A DNA stretch of 64,000 nt, from the NCBI GenBank assembly GCA_977020255.1, contig CDROCS010003914.1, positions 124,001 through 188,000 on the forward strand, written 5' to 3'. The notes under the pieces were generated by a model, which had not been told where the DNA came from, searched no databases, and was given only the letters and a program-made list of their open reading frames with translations. This DNA comes from Obrimoposthia wandeli (taxonomy: Eukaryota). Of this stretch, positions 32,636 to 43,064 are shown in pieces (within the stretch, counting starts at the first letter, position 1; each line of letters opens with the position of its first letter). The position numbers and the translations under genes are program-made.

Positions 32636-33262
32636 ATGCAACTCGAAAACTGGCTGGCATTTTGCTCAATTGCCTTTCTAGCCACCGCTGTCCCGGGGCC
32701 TGCTATATTACTAGTTTTAACCCATAGTTTACAATTCGGCACCTTGCGCGCTTTAATAACGGTGCTGGGAAACATCAGTGGATTGTTCACCATGTCTGCT
32801 TTATCGATATTAGGCTTGAGTACCTTAGTCGTATATTCAGCCACAGCCTTTACAGTGATTAAAATAGTAGGGGCCTTATATTTGCTATATCTAGGTATTA
32901 AAATATGGCGAAGTGGTGTGCAACTTGATACTACTGATAAGCATAGCGAGGTTAAATTCAAAGCTTGGAACTCTTACTTACAAGGGTTGCTAATCTCATT
33001 AACGAATCCTAAAGCCATTATTTTCACTTCGGCTCTTTTTCCACAATTTATTGTGGTATCTCAGCCTTTGCTGCCACAATTTATGCTGCTCGTTATAACA
33101 TTAATGAGTTGCTCTTTTTTATGTTTGCTAGCATATGCTTTGATGAGCCAAAAACTAAAAAAAGGGAGTACCCGATTTATATCCGGCAGTGTTCTAGGAA
33201 AAGTATTCGGCACCACTTTTATCGGTGTCGGCGGTGCTTTGGCCATTTCTGCGCAAGGTTAA
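32636..33262 (+). CDS. LysE/RhtB-family exporter
   Basis: PGPA, GALYLLYLGIKIW and LTNPKAIIF. Confidence 0.93.
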   Translation: MQLENWLAFCSIAFLATAVPGPAILLVLTHSLQFGTLRALITVLGNISGLFTMSALSILGLSTLVVYSATAFTVIKIVGALYLLYLGIKIWRSGVQLDTTDKHSEVKFKAWNSYLQGLLISLTNPKAIIFTSALFPQFIVVSQPLLPQFMLLVITLMSCSFLCLLAYALMSQKLKKGSTRFISGSVLGKVFGTTFIGVGGALAISAQG

Positions 33263-33301
33263 ATACCGCCAAGTAAAGAAAAGTATTGAGGGAATAGTAT
33301 T

Positions 33302-33886
33302 TTGAAAAATAACATTTTAACATCCTTAAATGAAAGCAATGAAATGCTTGTTAGTTTTATGCAAAACCCTGTAGCAATAGCCGCTATTGAGCGTGCAGCC
33401 CAGATAATGATTTGCGCTTTAAAATCAGGAAATAGAATTTATAGTTGTGGTAATGGCGGCTCAATGAGTGATGCAATGCATTTTGCAGAAGAGCTTTCGG
33501 GTAGGTTTCGCGACAGCAGAGCCGCATTATCGGCTACAGCCATTAGTGACCCTGGACATATTACTTGTGTTGCAAATGACTTTGGTTATGAGTATATATT
33601 TTCAAGATACTTGCAGGCCAATGCTCAAAAGCAGGATTGCCTATTAGCGATAAGCACCAGCGGCAGTAGTCAAAACGTATTGAAAGCTGCGCAATATGCA
33701 AAAGAAAATGGCATACAGGTTATTAGTTTAACAGGCCCTGCCAATACTGTTATAGGGCAAAGTGGGGATGTTGATATTTGTGCGGGCCCAAGTCACTATG
33801 CCGATAGAGTTCAAGAAATACACATTAAAGTTATTCATATTTTGATTGAACTAATAGAGCGAGAACTGTTTCCTGAAAATTATTAA
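33302..33886 (+). CDS. gmhA: D-sedoheptulose 7-phosphate isomerase
   Basis: CGNGGSMSDAMHFAEELSGRF, CVANDFGY, ISTSGSS and DRVQEIHIKVIH; TTG start. Confidence 0.9.
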   Translation: MKNNILTSLNESNEMLVSFMQNPVAIAAIERAAQIMICALKSGNRIYSCGNGGSMSDAMHFAEELSGRFRDSRAALSATAISDPGHITCVANDFGYEYIFSRYLQANAQKQDCLLAISTSGSSQNVLKAAQYAKENGIQVISLTGPANTVIGQSGDVDICAGPSHYADRVQEIHIKVIHILIELIERELFPENY

Positions 33887-33942
33887 GTCAGCAGTGCAAG
33901 GCTCTTTAATAGCGATTGTCGTTGTAAAATATAAGGTAAATC

Positions 33943-34911
33943 ATGAGCCTTTTTAGTAGCAGTACCAGCACCTTAAAAGTAGTTGTTTTGTTGTTGCCAC
34001 AATCATCTTTAATGTCGCTCGCGGCTACATTAGATACGATGCGCGCCGCAAACCGCATTTCAAGGCGCAATCTATTTGATTGGCAAGTGAGCACTGTAGA
34101 TGGGGAGCCCGCTACCCTTAGCTGTGGACAAAAAATTCATCCTGATGGTGATTTAGAGCAAATGCAGCAAGGTGATTTACTTATTTGTATTGCAGCTTTT
34201 AGTCATCAAAAACACATGCCCGCTCGATACTTAACGCTGTTTAAAAAACAAGCCAAAAAATTTTCATACATTGGAGGAGTGGAATCAGGCAGCTGGATAT
34301 TAGCCAGAGCAGGTTATTTACAAGATAGAAAAGCGACCACTCACTGGGAAGATTTAGAAGATTTTCGCGATGCCTTTAACAATGTAAGTGTGCAACCTGA
34401 TCGCTACGTTATAGATGGTAAATATTTTACAACCGGTGGAGCGGCCCCCACTATCGATCTGTTTTTACATTTAATTGGCACGCGATACGGGCATACACTT
34501 GCTTTAGAAGTTGCCAGCGTCTTTATTTATGACGGCGGCCAACGCGCACAAACACCACAGCCATTAGTTTCGCTAGGTGCATTGCAAGCACAGCAGCCTA
34601 TAATAGCTGCAACTATTAGGCTAATGGAAAAACATATCGATGCACCTATTACCAGTCAAAACATTGCCCAACAGCTAGGTGTTTCTAGTCGCAGTTTAGA
34701 GCTATTATTTCGCAAAGAGCTAGCAACCAGCCCGCAACGTTATTATAAAAGGCTACGCTTGCAAGTTGCTAAGCGGCTAGTGCTTGGTAGTGAGCACAAT
34801 ATGCAAGAGATCGCGATTCGCTGCGGTTTTAATTCATTAGCCGCTTTCTCAAGAGAGTTTAAACGCTTCTTTGAAATGAGCCCTATGCATTATAGGCAAG
34901 AGCACAAGTGA
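33943..34911 (+). CDS. GlxA-family AraC regulator (DJ-1/PfpI domain plus HTH)
   Basis: RAANRIS, ESGSWILARAGYL, ATTHWED and TGGAAPTIDL; C-terminal double HTH. Confidence 0.93.
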   Translation: MSLFSSSTSTLKVVVLLLPQSSLMSLAATLDTMRAANRISRRNLFDWQVSTVDGEPATLSCGQKIHPDGDLEQMQQGDLLICIAAFSHQKHMPARYLTLFKKQAKKFSYIGGVESGSWILARAGYLQDRKATTHWEDLEDFRDAFNNVSVQPDRYVIDGKYFTTGGAAPTIDLFLHLIGTRYGHTLALEVASVFIYDGGQRAQTPQPLVSLGALQAQQPIIAATIRLMEKHIDAPITSQNIAQQLGVSSRSLELLFRKELATSPQRYYKRLRLQVAKRLVLGSEHNMQEIAIRCGFNSLAAFSREFKRFFEMSPMHYRQEHK

Positions 34912-35076
34912 CAGTAAACTTGTTAAGTTATTATTGTGCTGTCTTAAATCGGTCATAATTAACAGGTACACTGTGCATAAATATAAGCTTTGATAAGTAT
35001 TATGTCATGCACAAAGTTATGCTTTCTTACATAGTGAAATAATACGTTGAGTAATGCTCAGCGAATAAAGTTGAAA

Positions 35077-35105
35077 TTGACAATTTAAATTGAGTATGAG
35101 ATTCT
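35077..35105 (+). promoter_or_regulatory. Sigma70-type promoter of chrB-chrA
   Basis: TTGACA at 35077-35082, 17-bp spacer, TGn extended -10 then GATTCT at 35100-35105; predicted start about 35112. Confidence 0.55.
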
Positions 35106-35111
35106 CTGTTG

Positions 35112-35186
35112 TATGGGGCACACGGATGCCTCGTGAGGCGCCAGCTAAATTCCGCATCCTAAACCTATTAAAAGGAGGATGCTTAC
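35112..35186 (+). ncRNA. Structured cis-regulatory leader, riboswitch candidate (chrB-a/chrB-b-like)
   Basis: GCCTC-GT-GAGGC hairpin; GCATCC(T) at 35154-35160 can pair with GGATGC at 35124-35129 or with AGGATGC at 35176-35182, which overlaps the GGAGG RBS; directly upstream of chrB. Confidence 0.65.
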
Positions 35187-36014
35187 ATGGCGTCACCTAC
35201 GGAAATTACCTGTTCACAATTATCACGCTTAATAGGCACTAGTGATTGCCCTATTATCATAGATGTACGTATCGATGATGATTTTGCTGCAGACCCTTAT
35301 CTAATACCTAGTGCATTTAGACACCCCTTTAATCGTATCATGGAGATTGCTGAGCAACTTTTGCATGACAAACCTGTGCATAAAAGAGTCGTTATTTACT
35401 GCCAAAAAGGTTTTAAAATAAGCCAAGGTGCTGCTGCTTTATTACGCACTTATGGTGTGCAAACCGAAACGCTTCAAGGAGGACAGTTTTCTTGGCGAGA
35501 TGCGGGTTTACCATTACTAACGCTTGATAATCTACCGGTACCCGATGAAACGGGAGCGACGCTTTGGGTGACTAAACATCGACCCAAAATTGATCGCATA
35601 GCATGCCCTTGGTTGATCAGACGCTTCATTGATACTAAGGCAAAGTTTTTGTTTGTAGCCCCTTCCCAAGTGATCAATGTTGCAGAAAAGTTTAACGCTA
35701 CGCCGTTTGATGTGGAAGATGTGTTTTGGAGTCATCAAGATCAGTACTGTACCTTTGATAAACTAATCAGCGAATTCAACTTACACACTCCGGCCTTAGA
35801 TAAACTCGCTGTTATTGTTAGAGCTGCCGATACCAATTGCTTGGAACTCGCGCCTGAGGCTGCGGGCTTATTAGCGGCTTCTTTAGGTTTATCACGTATC
35901 TATCGCGACGATTTAGCGCAGCTAGAAGCGGGTTTTGATCTCTATGATGCCTTTTATCGTTGGGCGAGAGATGCCAGTAATGAAAGTCACCATTGGCCTG
36001 CTTCAACTAAATAA
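35187..36014 (+). CDS. chrB: Rhodanese-ChrB fusion (chromate-resistance protein ChrB)
   Basis: IIDVRIDDDF rhodanese domain, then WVTKHRPKIDRIACPWLIRRFID, TPFDV, CTFD and APEAAGL...SLGLSR of ChrB_C. Confidence 0.92.
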   Translation: MASPTEITCSQLSRLIGTSDCPIIIDVRIDDDFAADPYLIPSAFRHPFNRIMEIAEQLLHDKPVHKRVVIYCQKGFKISQGAAALLRTYGVQTETLQGGQFSWRDAGLPLLTLDNLPVPDETGATLWVTKHRPKIDRIACPWLIRRFIDTKAKFLFVAPSQVINVAEKFNATPFDVEDVFWSHQDQYCTFDKLISEFNLHTPALDKLAVIVRAADTNCLELAPEAAGLLAASLGLSRIYRDDLAQLEAGFDLYDAFYRWARDASNESHHWPASTK

Positions 36015-36085
36015 TCATTGAGCAGAGCTATCAGTAAAGCCTCGTTGTTAAATAATGGGTAGACGTTAATTTTTTATCAGCGAGC

Positions 36086-37471
36086 GTGTTAAAAGGTACC
36101 AACATGAATACACTAGAGATGGTTAATACAGCTACAGATTCAGCAAAAAAAATCTCACTAACAAAGATTTTTCAAATATTTTTAAAGATAGGCTTGCTAT
36201 CTTTTGGTGGGCCAGCAGCGCAAATATCACTGATGCATAAAGTATTAGTAGATGAGAATAAATGGTTGAGTGAGCAACAATATTTAAACGCATTGGGTTT
36301 CTGTATGCTCTTACCAGGACCTGAGGCTATGCAACTTGCTACCTATGCAGGTTGGCGTTTGCGAGGCATATTAGGCGGTTTAATCGCAGGATTACTGTTT
36401 GTAATACCTGGTGCAATAGTCATTTTATTGCTGGCGAGCCTTTATGCGCTTTATGCAGATACGACGTTTAATGATGTTGCGATAATTGATACTTTATTTT
36501 TGGGTGTTAAAGCCGCAGTGTTGATCATCGTGTTTGAAGCATTAATAAAAGTATCTAAAAGAGCATTAAAAGCCACCGCGCACTGGATCATTGCCACTTT
36601 GGCTTTTATCGGTATTTTCTTTTTATCAATCCCCTTTCCTTTAATTATCTTAATGGCTGCGTTGTATGGTTTTTTTGCCATAAAATCTGCAAAAAACACT
36701 TCACAAGGGATGTCAGCTGCCGCTCAGAATAACCCTAAGTTGGCGCATTCTCTGCGCAAAACATTGGCTATTATCGTCATTGGTGTCGGGTTGTGGTTTT
36801 TACCTATATTAGTAATTGAGCAGTTTACAGATCTGGTAATACTCAGTGATATAGCGCGATTTTTCTCCAAGTTAGCAGTGGTTACTTTTGGCGGAGCCTA
36901 TGCCGTGCTGGTGTATATGACGCAAGATGTGGTCACCCAATTTGGCTGGCTAACAACAGGGGAGATGATGGATGCACTAGGCTTGGCTGAAACTACGCCC
37001 GGACCACTAATTTTAGTCACGCAGTTTGTGGGCTTTATTGCGGCATTTAACCAAGGAGGGTACTGGTTAGCAGTGGCAGGTAGTGGTATTACTTTATGGG
37101 TTACTTTTGTGCCATGTTTTATTTGGGTGTTTGTGGGCGCACCCTATATCGAGTGGATGCACTCACAACAGCGCCTTAGTGCTGCTTTCTCGGCAATTAC
37201 AGCAGCGGTAGTAGGGGTTATTTTAAATTTATCAATTTGGTTTGCATTGCATTTGCTGTTTAAAAATGTGGATGTGCAAACTTGGCCTATAAGCTCATCT
37301 TTGAATGTGAATTTATCGCTATGGCAGCCACAATTAACAAGTATAGATTGGCGTATAATATTACTAACAGCCGTGTGCGCTGTTTTATTTTTTTATAAAC
37401 GAATTGGGGTTGTCCCGGTATTGCTAATAGCCTCTTTCTTGGGTTGGGGGCTCGTGAGTTTGGGTGCTTAA
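36086..37471 (+). CDS. chrA: Chromate-ion transporter (CHR family, long chain); probable start 36104
   Basis: SFGGPAAQI, LPGPEAMQLA, TFGGAYAVL and ETTPGPLI repeats. Confidence 0.95.
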   Translation: MLKGTNMNTLEMVNTATDSAKKISLTKIFQIFLKIGLLSFGGPAAQISLMHKVLVDENKWLSEQQYLNALGFCMLLPGPEAMQLATYAGWRLRGILGGLIAGLLFVIPGAIVILLLASLYALYADTTFNDVAIIDTLFLGVKAAVLIIVFEALIKVSKRALKATAHWIIATLAFIGIFFLSIPFPLIILMAALYGFFAIKSAKNTSQGMSAAAQNNPKLAHSLRKTLAIIVIGVGLWFLPILVIEQFTDLVILSDIARFFSKLAVVTFGGAYAVLVYMTQDVVTQFGWLTTGEMMDALGLAETTPGPLILVTQFVGFIAAFNQGGYWLAVAGSGITLWVTFVPCFIWVFVGAPYIEWMHSQQRLSAAFSAITAAVVGVILNLSIWFALHLLFKNVDVQTWPISSSLNVNLSLWQPQLTSIDWRIILLTAVCAVLFFYKRIGVVPVLLIASFLGWGLVSLGA

Positions 37472-37656
37472 GATGGTAAAACAAAAAGAACTAGATAGCT
37501 TGTGAGCTAGTTGATTAAATGAAGCGTCGATGAAAGTTTAGCCCGTTTGACTGAGCGTCGTTTTGGTTCTTCAGCTTTAGAATACCAAGTAAGTAACGAC
37601 TGTTTCTGAAAGTTTTCCTTAATTATATCAATTGCCTAGTAATTAAAGGAATGAAT

Positions 37657-37680
37657 TAAAACAGCCCGCTAAACGGGCTA
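37657..37680 (-). terminator. Intrinsic terminator after the chemoreceptor gene
   Basis: Minus strand TAGCCCG-tttag-CGGGCTG followed by TTTT. Confidence 0.7.
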
Positions 37681-37694
37681 TGTTAAATGTGGCT

Positions 37695-39806
37695 TTAGTG
37701 CTTGAAACGAGCAAGCTGTTGCTCAAGTGTTTTGACTAATTTAAAGAGGCGATCGCTCTCAGCCAAACTATCGTTTGAAGCATCTGCAACTTCATTGATC
37801 GCAGTATTAATATTACTAATATTACGAGAGATGTCTTCAGATACCTCTGCTTGCTGTTCAGATGAGGTCGCTATTTGGGAAGTCATATCATCTATTTCGT
37901 TAATATCAGAAACGACTGTATTCAATGTATCTACTGCTTTTTCAGAGCTGCTTAAACAATTTCCAACCGATTTGTTACCTTGTTCTAATGCCGTTACTGC
38001 TTGTTGCGAGCGCTCTTGTAGCTTGTCAATCAGCAGCTGAATTTCTTGAGTAGATTGCTGGGTTTTAGACGCTAAGTTACGAACTTCATCCGCTACTACA
38101 GAAAATCCACGTCCTTGCTCACCGGCACGTGCCGCTTCAATTGCTGCGTTTAATGCTAGTAAGTTAGTCTGCTGAGAAATGCCGTTGATAACTTCTACAA
38201 TTTTACTGATGTTTTCGCTATCCGATGCAAGTAGCTGCATTACAGAACCGACTTCCTCCATTTCTTTGGCGAGAACTTTAATAGACTCTGAGCTTTCTTT
38301 GACGTTTTCAGAGCCTGTACTGATCGCGTTTTTCGCCTGGCCTGCCGAATTGGCCGCTTCTTCTGCACTGCGCGCAACTTCTCCGGCATTGGCTGACATT
38401 TGTGTTACAGCTGCTGCTACCATTTCAATTTCTTCTCGTTGCTTATCTACACGGGTATTACTCTTTTTGGCTATTTCAGAAGTGCGTAGCGCTGAATCTT
38501 CAACATTAATCATCTCTCCTGCAATATCTTTAACTATACCTTGCGTCTTGCCAATAAAGGCATCGACTCCATCAGCCAGTTTTCCTATTTCATCTTTGCG
38601 CTTCATATTGAGACGGCTGGTCAAATCACCATCTTTTGAAGCGATATCTGTAATAACGGATGCTGAGTATTCAATTGGGCGAGAAATAGTACGTGCAAAT
38701 AATAGCAATGCAATAACTCCACCTATCCCAATCAGGATACTTAAGATTAGCTGCTCATTGATACTGTCTCTAAAGCTGTCTACCATTAGTTGATCTAGTT
38801 GGTCTGCTCCAGAGAGTGCTTCCGTTATTGGTACTAGAACAATAGCCCCCCAAGTATTGTCTAAAAGCTCAACCTTAATGGGCGAATAAGCTAAATAGTC
38901 ATTATTAAATTCTTCGAATGCTGTTTTTTTTGCTCCATTCCAATTCTTAAAGAGCGGCACAAACTCGGTTTCAAGTGCTTTACCAACGAGCTCAGACTTG
39001 TGTGAATCACCAGAGACTTTACCTCCAGAACTAACAATGATGACACGACCAATGCCGTCATATATTCGGCTAGAAGCATTCGTGGCGAATTTTTGAATCT
39101 GATCCAATCCAATATCAACTCCTGCCATACCATAGAGCTTACCGTTAACAATAATAGGTAAGGTAATAGATGTACCAAGAGTTTGTTTTCCCTGTACCTC
39201 CCATGAATAAGGTTCTGTGATACAAACACGTTTATTTTTAAGAGGGCACAAATACCAATCGTCGTTAGATGCGTCGTCTGAGCCACCGCTGCTCATAGCA
39301 TCTGCAAGATTAAGCGGCCTTAAGGCTAGCTTACCGTCTCCACTGCGATTCCAGTAAGGAGCGAATTGGCCATTTTCAAAGGTGTGACTACTTTTCTTAT
39401 CAATGTATTGAGCATCATTATTGTCAACAGCATTTTTTTCCCAAGCTGTATAGGTTCCTAAAATATCTTTGTTGTGTTCTAACACACCTTTAAGATATGC
39501 AGTCACACGATCACGATCAAGGGATACACTGTCATTATTTTGGATGAGAGTTTCAAGTGTCACTTTTATAGATAGCGCAATTGAAAGAGCTTTTTGAATA
39601 TTATTGGCAATTTTTGCCGATTCTAATTCAGCAATGGCTTGTAACTGTTGCTGAGATTTTGCTTGTAGCTCCTCTTTAATCAGTTTTGCAATATTCTTTT
39701 CAATTTTCTGATTGTTATAAGCCGTAATTCCGATGCTCGCGCCAACAGCAACGAGCAGGCAAATCGCTGAAATGAGGGCTATTTTGTACTGAATTCTATT
39801 TAACAT
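37695..39806 (-). CDS. Methyl-accepting chemotaxis protein with dCache_1 sensor (McpU/TlpQ/PctD-like)
   Basis: Two TM helices; [26 protein letters not shown] and AGVDIG; HAMP; [31 protein letters not shown]. Confidence 0.95.
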   Translation of the reverse strand: MLNRIQYKIALISAICLLVAVGASIGITAYNNQKIEKNIAKLIKEELQAKSQQQLQAIAELESAKIANNIQKALSIALSIKVTLETLIQNNDSVSLDRDRVTAYLKGVLEHNKDILGTYTAWEKNAVDNNDAQYIDKKSSHTFENGQFAPYWNRSGDGKLALRPLNLADAMSSGGSDDASNDDWYLCPLKNKRVCITEPYSWEVQGKQTLGTSITLPIIVNGKLYGMAGVDIGLDQIQKFATNASSRIYDGIGRVIIVSSGGKVSGDSHKSELVGKALETEFVPLFKNWNGAKKTAFEEFNNDYLAYSPIKVELLDNTWGAIVLVPITEALSGADQLDQLMVDSFRDSINEQLILSILIGIGGVIALLLFARTISRPIEYSASVITDIASKDGDLTSRLNMKRKDEIGKLADGVDAFIGKTQGIVKDIAGEMINVEDSALRTSEIAKKSNTRVDKQREEIEMVAAAVTQMSANAGEVARSAEEAANSAGQAKNAISTGSENVKESSESIKVLAKEMEEVGSVMQLLASDSENISKIVEVINGISQQTNLLALNAAIEAARAGEQGRGFSVVADEVRNLASKTQQSTQEIQLLIDKLQERSQQAVTALEQGNKSVGNCLSSSEKAVDTLNTVVSDINEIDDMTSQIATSSEQQAEVSEDISRNISNINTAINEVADASNDSLAESDRLFKLVKTLEQQLARFKH

Positions 39807-40490
39807 TATAGTTATTCCTCGGGGTTAGCCTCTATATGATTATTGTTATATTAATTCTTATAAATATAAAATTATTTAAATCAGTTCATTGCCGTACATC
39901 TTAAAAGTAAGAGAAAAGATATAGAGCACTAACCATATAGTTTACGTAAAAAATGATGTTAACTAGGCAGCTATTTTCCCTGCCAGAGGTGGGGATAAAC
40001 ACTACCAAAGCATGTTGTATGAAATTTTACAATCTATTGTTCATCATGTTTGTTAAAAAATGGTAGATCACCATAATGGATACCATCGAACTAGAGCACT
40101 ATTATGCTGGAGTTAAGAGGCTGCTTTACCCTTGCAAACTTAGAAATAAATCTATTTAAGTAATACCTAAAAGGCTTAAAACGGAAATAAATAATCCGGG
40201 GAAACCCTTTAGTTGATCTTGTTGACTGGATGTTAAGGGTGATCTCTTTGAAATTGTTATCAGAGCATTTTATTATCCGCTTAACTAAGTACTATCAAAA
40301 CTGACTGAAACTGGATCGATTTAAATGGGCCGAATTTTGTACACAAAAAGCGGTGATAAAGAGGTTTACAGTTTAAGAGCTAATGAATAAGAAATTACTT
40401 ATACATCAACTCTTTTGTAACCAAGAAAAGACTCAACTAGCCATCCAATATAGTGATTGAACTAAATAGCTAATTGAGGTGAATCTCAAA

Positions 40491-43064
40491 TTAAGATCTA
40501 GGTTTGCCGTTAGTTGGATCGTATAGTGCGCCGTAACCAACTGCTTCAACCGTTACATCGTAGATATCGCCAAAATATTCAATCTGCAATTGAGTACCCA
40601 CTTTACATTGCTCGTATGGCAAGTAACCTAGTGCGATATTTTTACCGATGCTCGGTCCATATACAATACTTGTTGTGTAAGAACGACGCCCTAATGAGTC
40701 GATCAGCGCTTCACCGCTAGCTGGGTCCAAGATAGGGCAGTTACCTACAGGGTAGCGGGCAACGCCGTTAGCATCGATATTATTGTTCATGGTTATCGTG
40801 CAAAGATAAGCCGGTTGATGCTCACGTTCACGATGTGAGACATAAGCTTCTTTACCGAAGAAATCCGCTTTCTTCACTACAGGGCGCGCTAAATCAACTT
40901 CTAACAAATTGTATTCAGTTAAGATATCCGCGTTTTGTAGACGCAAACTCTTTTCTAAACGACGGCTGTTAGCATACGTTTCAATACCAACAGGGGTCAC
41001 GCCTTGTGCGTGAAGAGCATCCCAAAGTGCTAGTCCATCTTTCATTTCAAAATGGATTTCCCAACCTTGCTCGCCCACGTATGAAATACGGAATCCCATG
41101 TAAGTGATACCGTTAATCACGATATCTTTAACTGCGGCAAACGGATAGTTTTCTAAGCTGATTGACGATGGATCATCAACGATTTTTTCAAGTGTGGCAC
41201 GGGCATTAGGGCCCCAAACACCAAGGCAACCGTAGTCAGTAGTACGGTTAGTCACTTGGGCATCAAAACCAAAGTCTTGTGCCATGCGTTGTACCCAAAC
41301 TAAATCTCTGTGGCCAGCATCAGCGCCATCGATAAAGCGGTAATGCTGTTCACCTAAGCGTAATACGGTTAAATCGGCACGTACACCGCCGATATCATTT
41401 AAGAAGTGTGTGTAAACACCTTTGCCGACAGGCGTATCGCCACCTACTTTAGCAACACAAGCGAATTCCATTAATGCCGCAGCATCAGGGCCCGTTACAT
41501 CAACGATGGCAAAGTGAGATAGATTGATCATACCGACATCTTCAGACATTTTTAAATGCTCAGCGTTCGACACACGAAAGAAATGACGGCTGTCCCATTC
41601 AGCTTCACGTACTGGGATGCGATCACCGTACTCTTCTAGTAAATGCTCGTTGCTTGCGTATCCATGAGCACGTTCCCAACCTGAAAGCTCCATGAAGTAG
41701 CCGCCGAGTTCGTTTTCACGCTCCCAAAATGGGCTGCGAAACTTACCACGTGCTGCAGTATATGGCTCGCGGTTGTGTACTGGTGGGTTATAAATTTTGA
41801 AAGCCGATTCATAGCAGCGATCGTGTATGTATTGCTCTTCACACTGGAAAGGATAAGAGCGAGCGACATCAACGCTACTGTGGTCAAGTTCAGTACGCCC
41901 ATCTGTCATCCAATCGGCGATAACTTTACCGGTACCTGGGCCATCTTTAACCCAAACCGATACGCCATACCACAAGCCACGAACATTAGACGATTCACCA
42001 ATAGAAGGGCCGCCATCAGCTGTTACTTGTAATAAACCATTGAACGAGTATTTATCATCGTAGCCAAGCTCACCTAAAATAGGTGTCAGTTCAATTGCGC
42101 GCTCTAGTGGATCGATTACTTCTTCAATATCTAGGTCGCGCATTGAAGGAGAAAGACGTGCTTCTTCTTTTTCTAAAATATCGCGTGGGTGGCACATACG
42201 CGGCTCTTTCTCTTCGTAGTAACCCCACTCAAGTTGTCCGCCTTCAGCAGATTTTGGGTCGCCTGTATCGCGCAAATAAGCAGAGTTTCCTTGGTCACGC
42301 AGTAATGGGTAGCCAATTTCTTTACCTGTACCTTCAAATTCATTGTAATCTTTGAAGAAAGTTAGCGGGTGATCCACAGGCATTACCGGTAAATCTTCAC
42401 CTGCCATTTTCGCAATCAGACGGCTCCAAAGACCTGCACAAACCACAACGTAATCTGCTTCAATATAGCCGCGATCTGTTTCTACGCCTTTAATACGCCC
42501 ATCTACAATTTTTAAACCGGTACAAGAGGTATTAGCAAATGTTTGTAACTTACCGGTCTTTTCAGCGTCTTCAATAAGTTCCCCCGCAACCGTTTGCGAA
42601 CGAGGTGTTACTAAACCGGCATCTGGATCCCAAAGTGCACCTTGAATCACATCTTCTTCTAAAAGCGGGAATTTTTCTTTCGCTTCAGCAGTACTCATCA
42701 TGCGCACATTGTTGCCAAATGCTTTACCTGAAGTAACACGACGCTTTAACTCGTCCATGCGCTCTGAATCGCCTTTACGGGCAACTTCTATACCACCGAT
42801 GCGCTCGTAGCGGCCTCTTTTTTCAAAGAAATCAATACTGTATTTCGTAGTGAAAATAGTCATTTGATCGTGGGCGGTATTAAAGCAAAAATCAGAGGCA
42901 TGCGCGGTGGAGCCAATATCAGTAGGAATAGCCGACTTATCGATACCAACAATGTTATCCCAACCTCTTTCGATTAGGTGATGCACAACAGATGCACCGA
43001 CGATTCCGCCTTGGCCGATGATAACGACTTTCGCACTTTTAGGAAATTTTGACATGTAGCTCAC
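40491..43064 (-). CDS. FAD-dependent GcvT-family oxidoreductase (dimethylglycine/sarcosine dehydrogenase-like)
   Basis: IIGQGGIVGASV FAD-binding start, GSTAHASD, VVCAGLW, RISYVGEQGWEIH and RLEKSLR, THF-binding GcvT C-terminus; 857 aa. Confidence 0.9.
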   Translation of the reverse strand: MSYMSKFPKSAKVVIIGQGGIVGASVVHHLIERGWDNIVGIDKSAIPTDIGSTAHASDFCFNTAHDQMTIFTTKYSIDFFEKRGRYERIGGIEVARKGDSERMDELKRRVTSGKAFGNNVRMMSTAEAKEKFPLLEEDVIQGALWDPDAGLVTPRSQTVAGELIEDAEKTGKLQTFANTSCTGLKIVDGRIKGVETDRGYIEADYVVVCAGLWSRLIAKMAGEDLPVMPVDHPLTFFKDYNEFEGTGKEIGYPLLRDQGNSAYLRDTGDPKSAEGGQLEWGYYEEKEPRMCHPRDILEKEEARLSPSMRDLDIEEVIDPLERAIELTPILGELGYDDKYSFNGLLQVTADGGPSIGESSNVRGLWYGVSVWVKDGPGTGKVIADWMTDGRTELDHSSVDVARSYPFQCEEQYIHDRCYESAFKIYNPPVHNREPYTAARGKFRSPFWERENELGGYFMELSGWERAHGYASNEHLLEEYGDRIPVREAEWDSRHFFRVSNAEHLKMSEDVGMINLSHFAIVDVTGPDAAALMEFACVAKVGGDTPVGKGVYTHFLNDIGGVRADLTVLRLGEQHYRFIDGADAGHRDLVWVQRMAQDFGFDAQVTNRTTDYGCLGVWGPNARATLEKIVDDPSSISLENYPFAAVKDIVINGITYMGFRISYVGEQGWEIHFEMKDGLALWDALHAQGVTPVGIETYANSRRLEKSLRLQNADILTEYNLLEVDLARPVVKKADFFGKEAYVSHREREHQPAYLCTITMNNNIDANGVARYPVGNCPILDPASGEALIDSLGRRSYTTSIVYGPSIGKNIALGYLPYEQCKVGTQLQIEYFGDIYDVTVEAVGYGALYDPTNGKPRS

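Noticed and set aside
40076-40390. Possible decayed frame between the dehydrogenase and the MCP
   Set aside because: Five internal stops in about 104 codons is compatible with chance; only a vague resemblance to any family.
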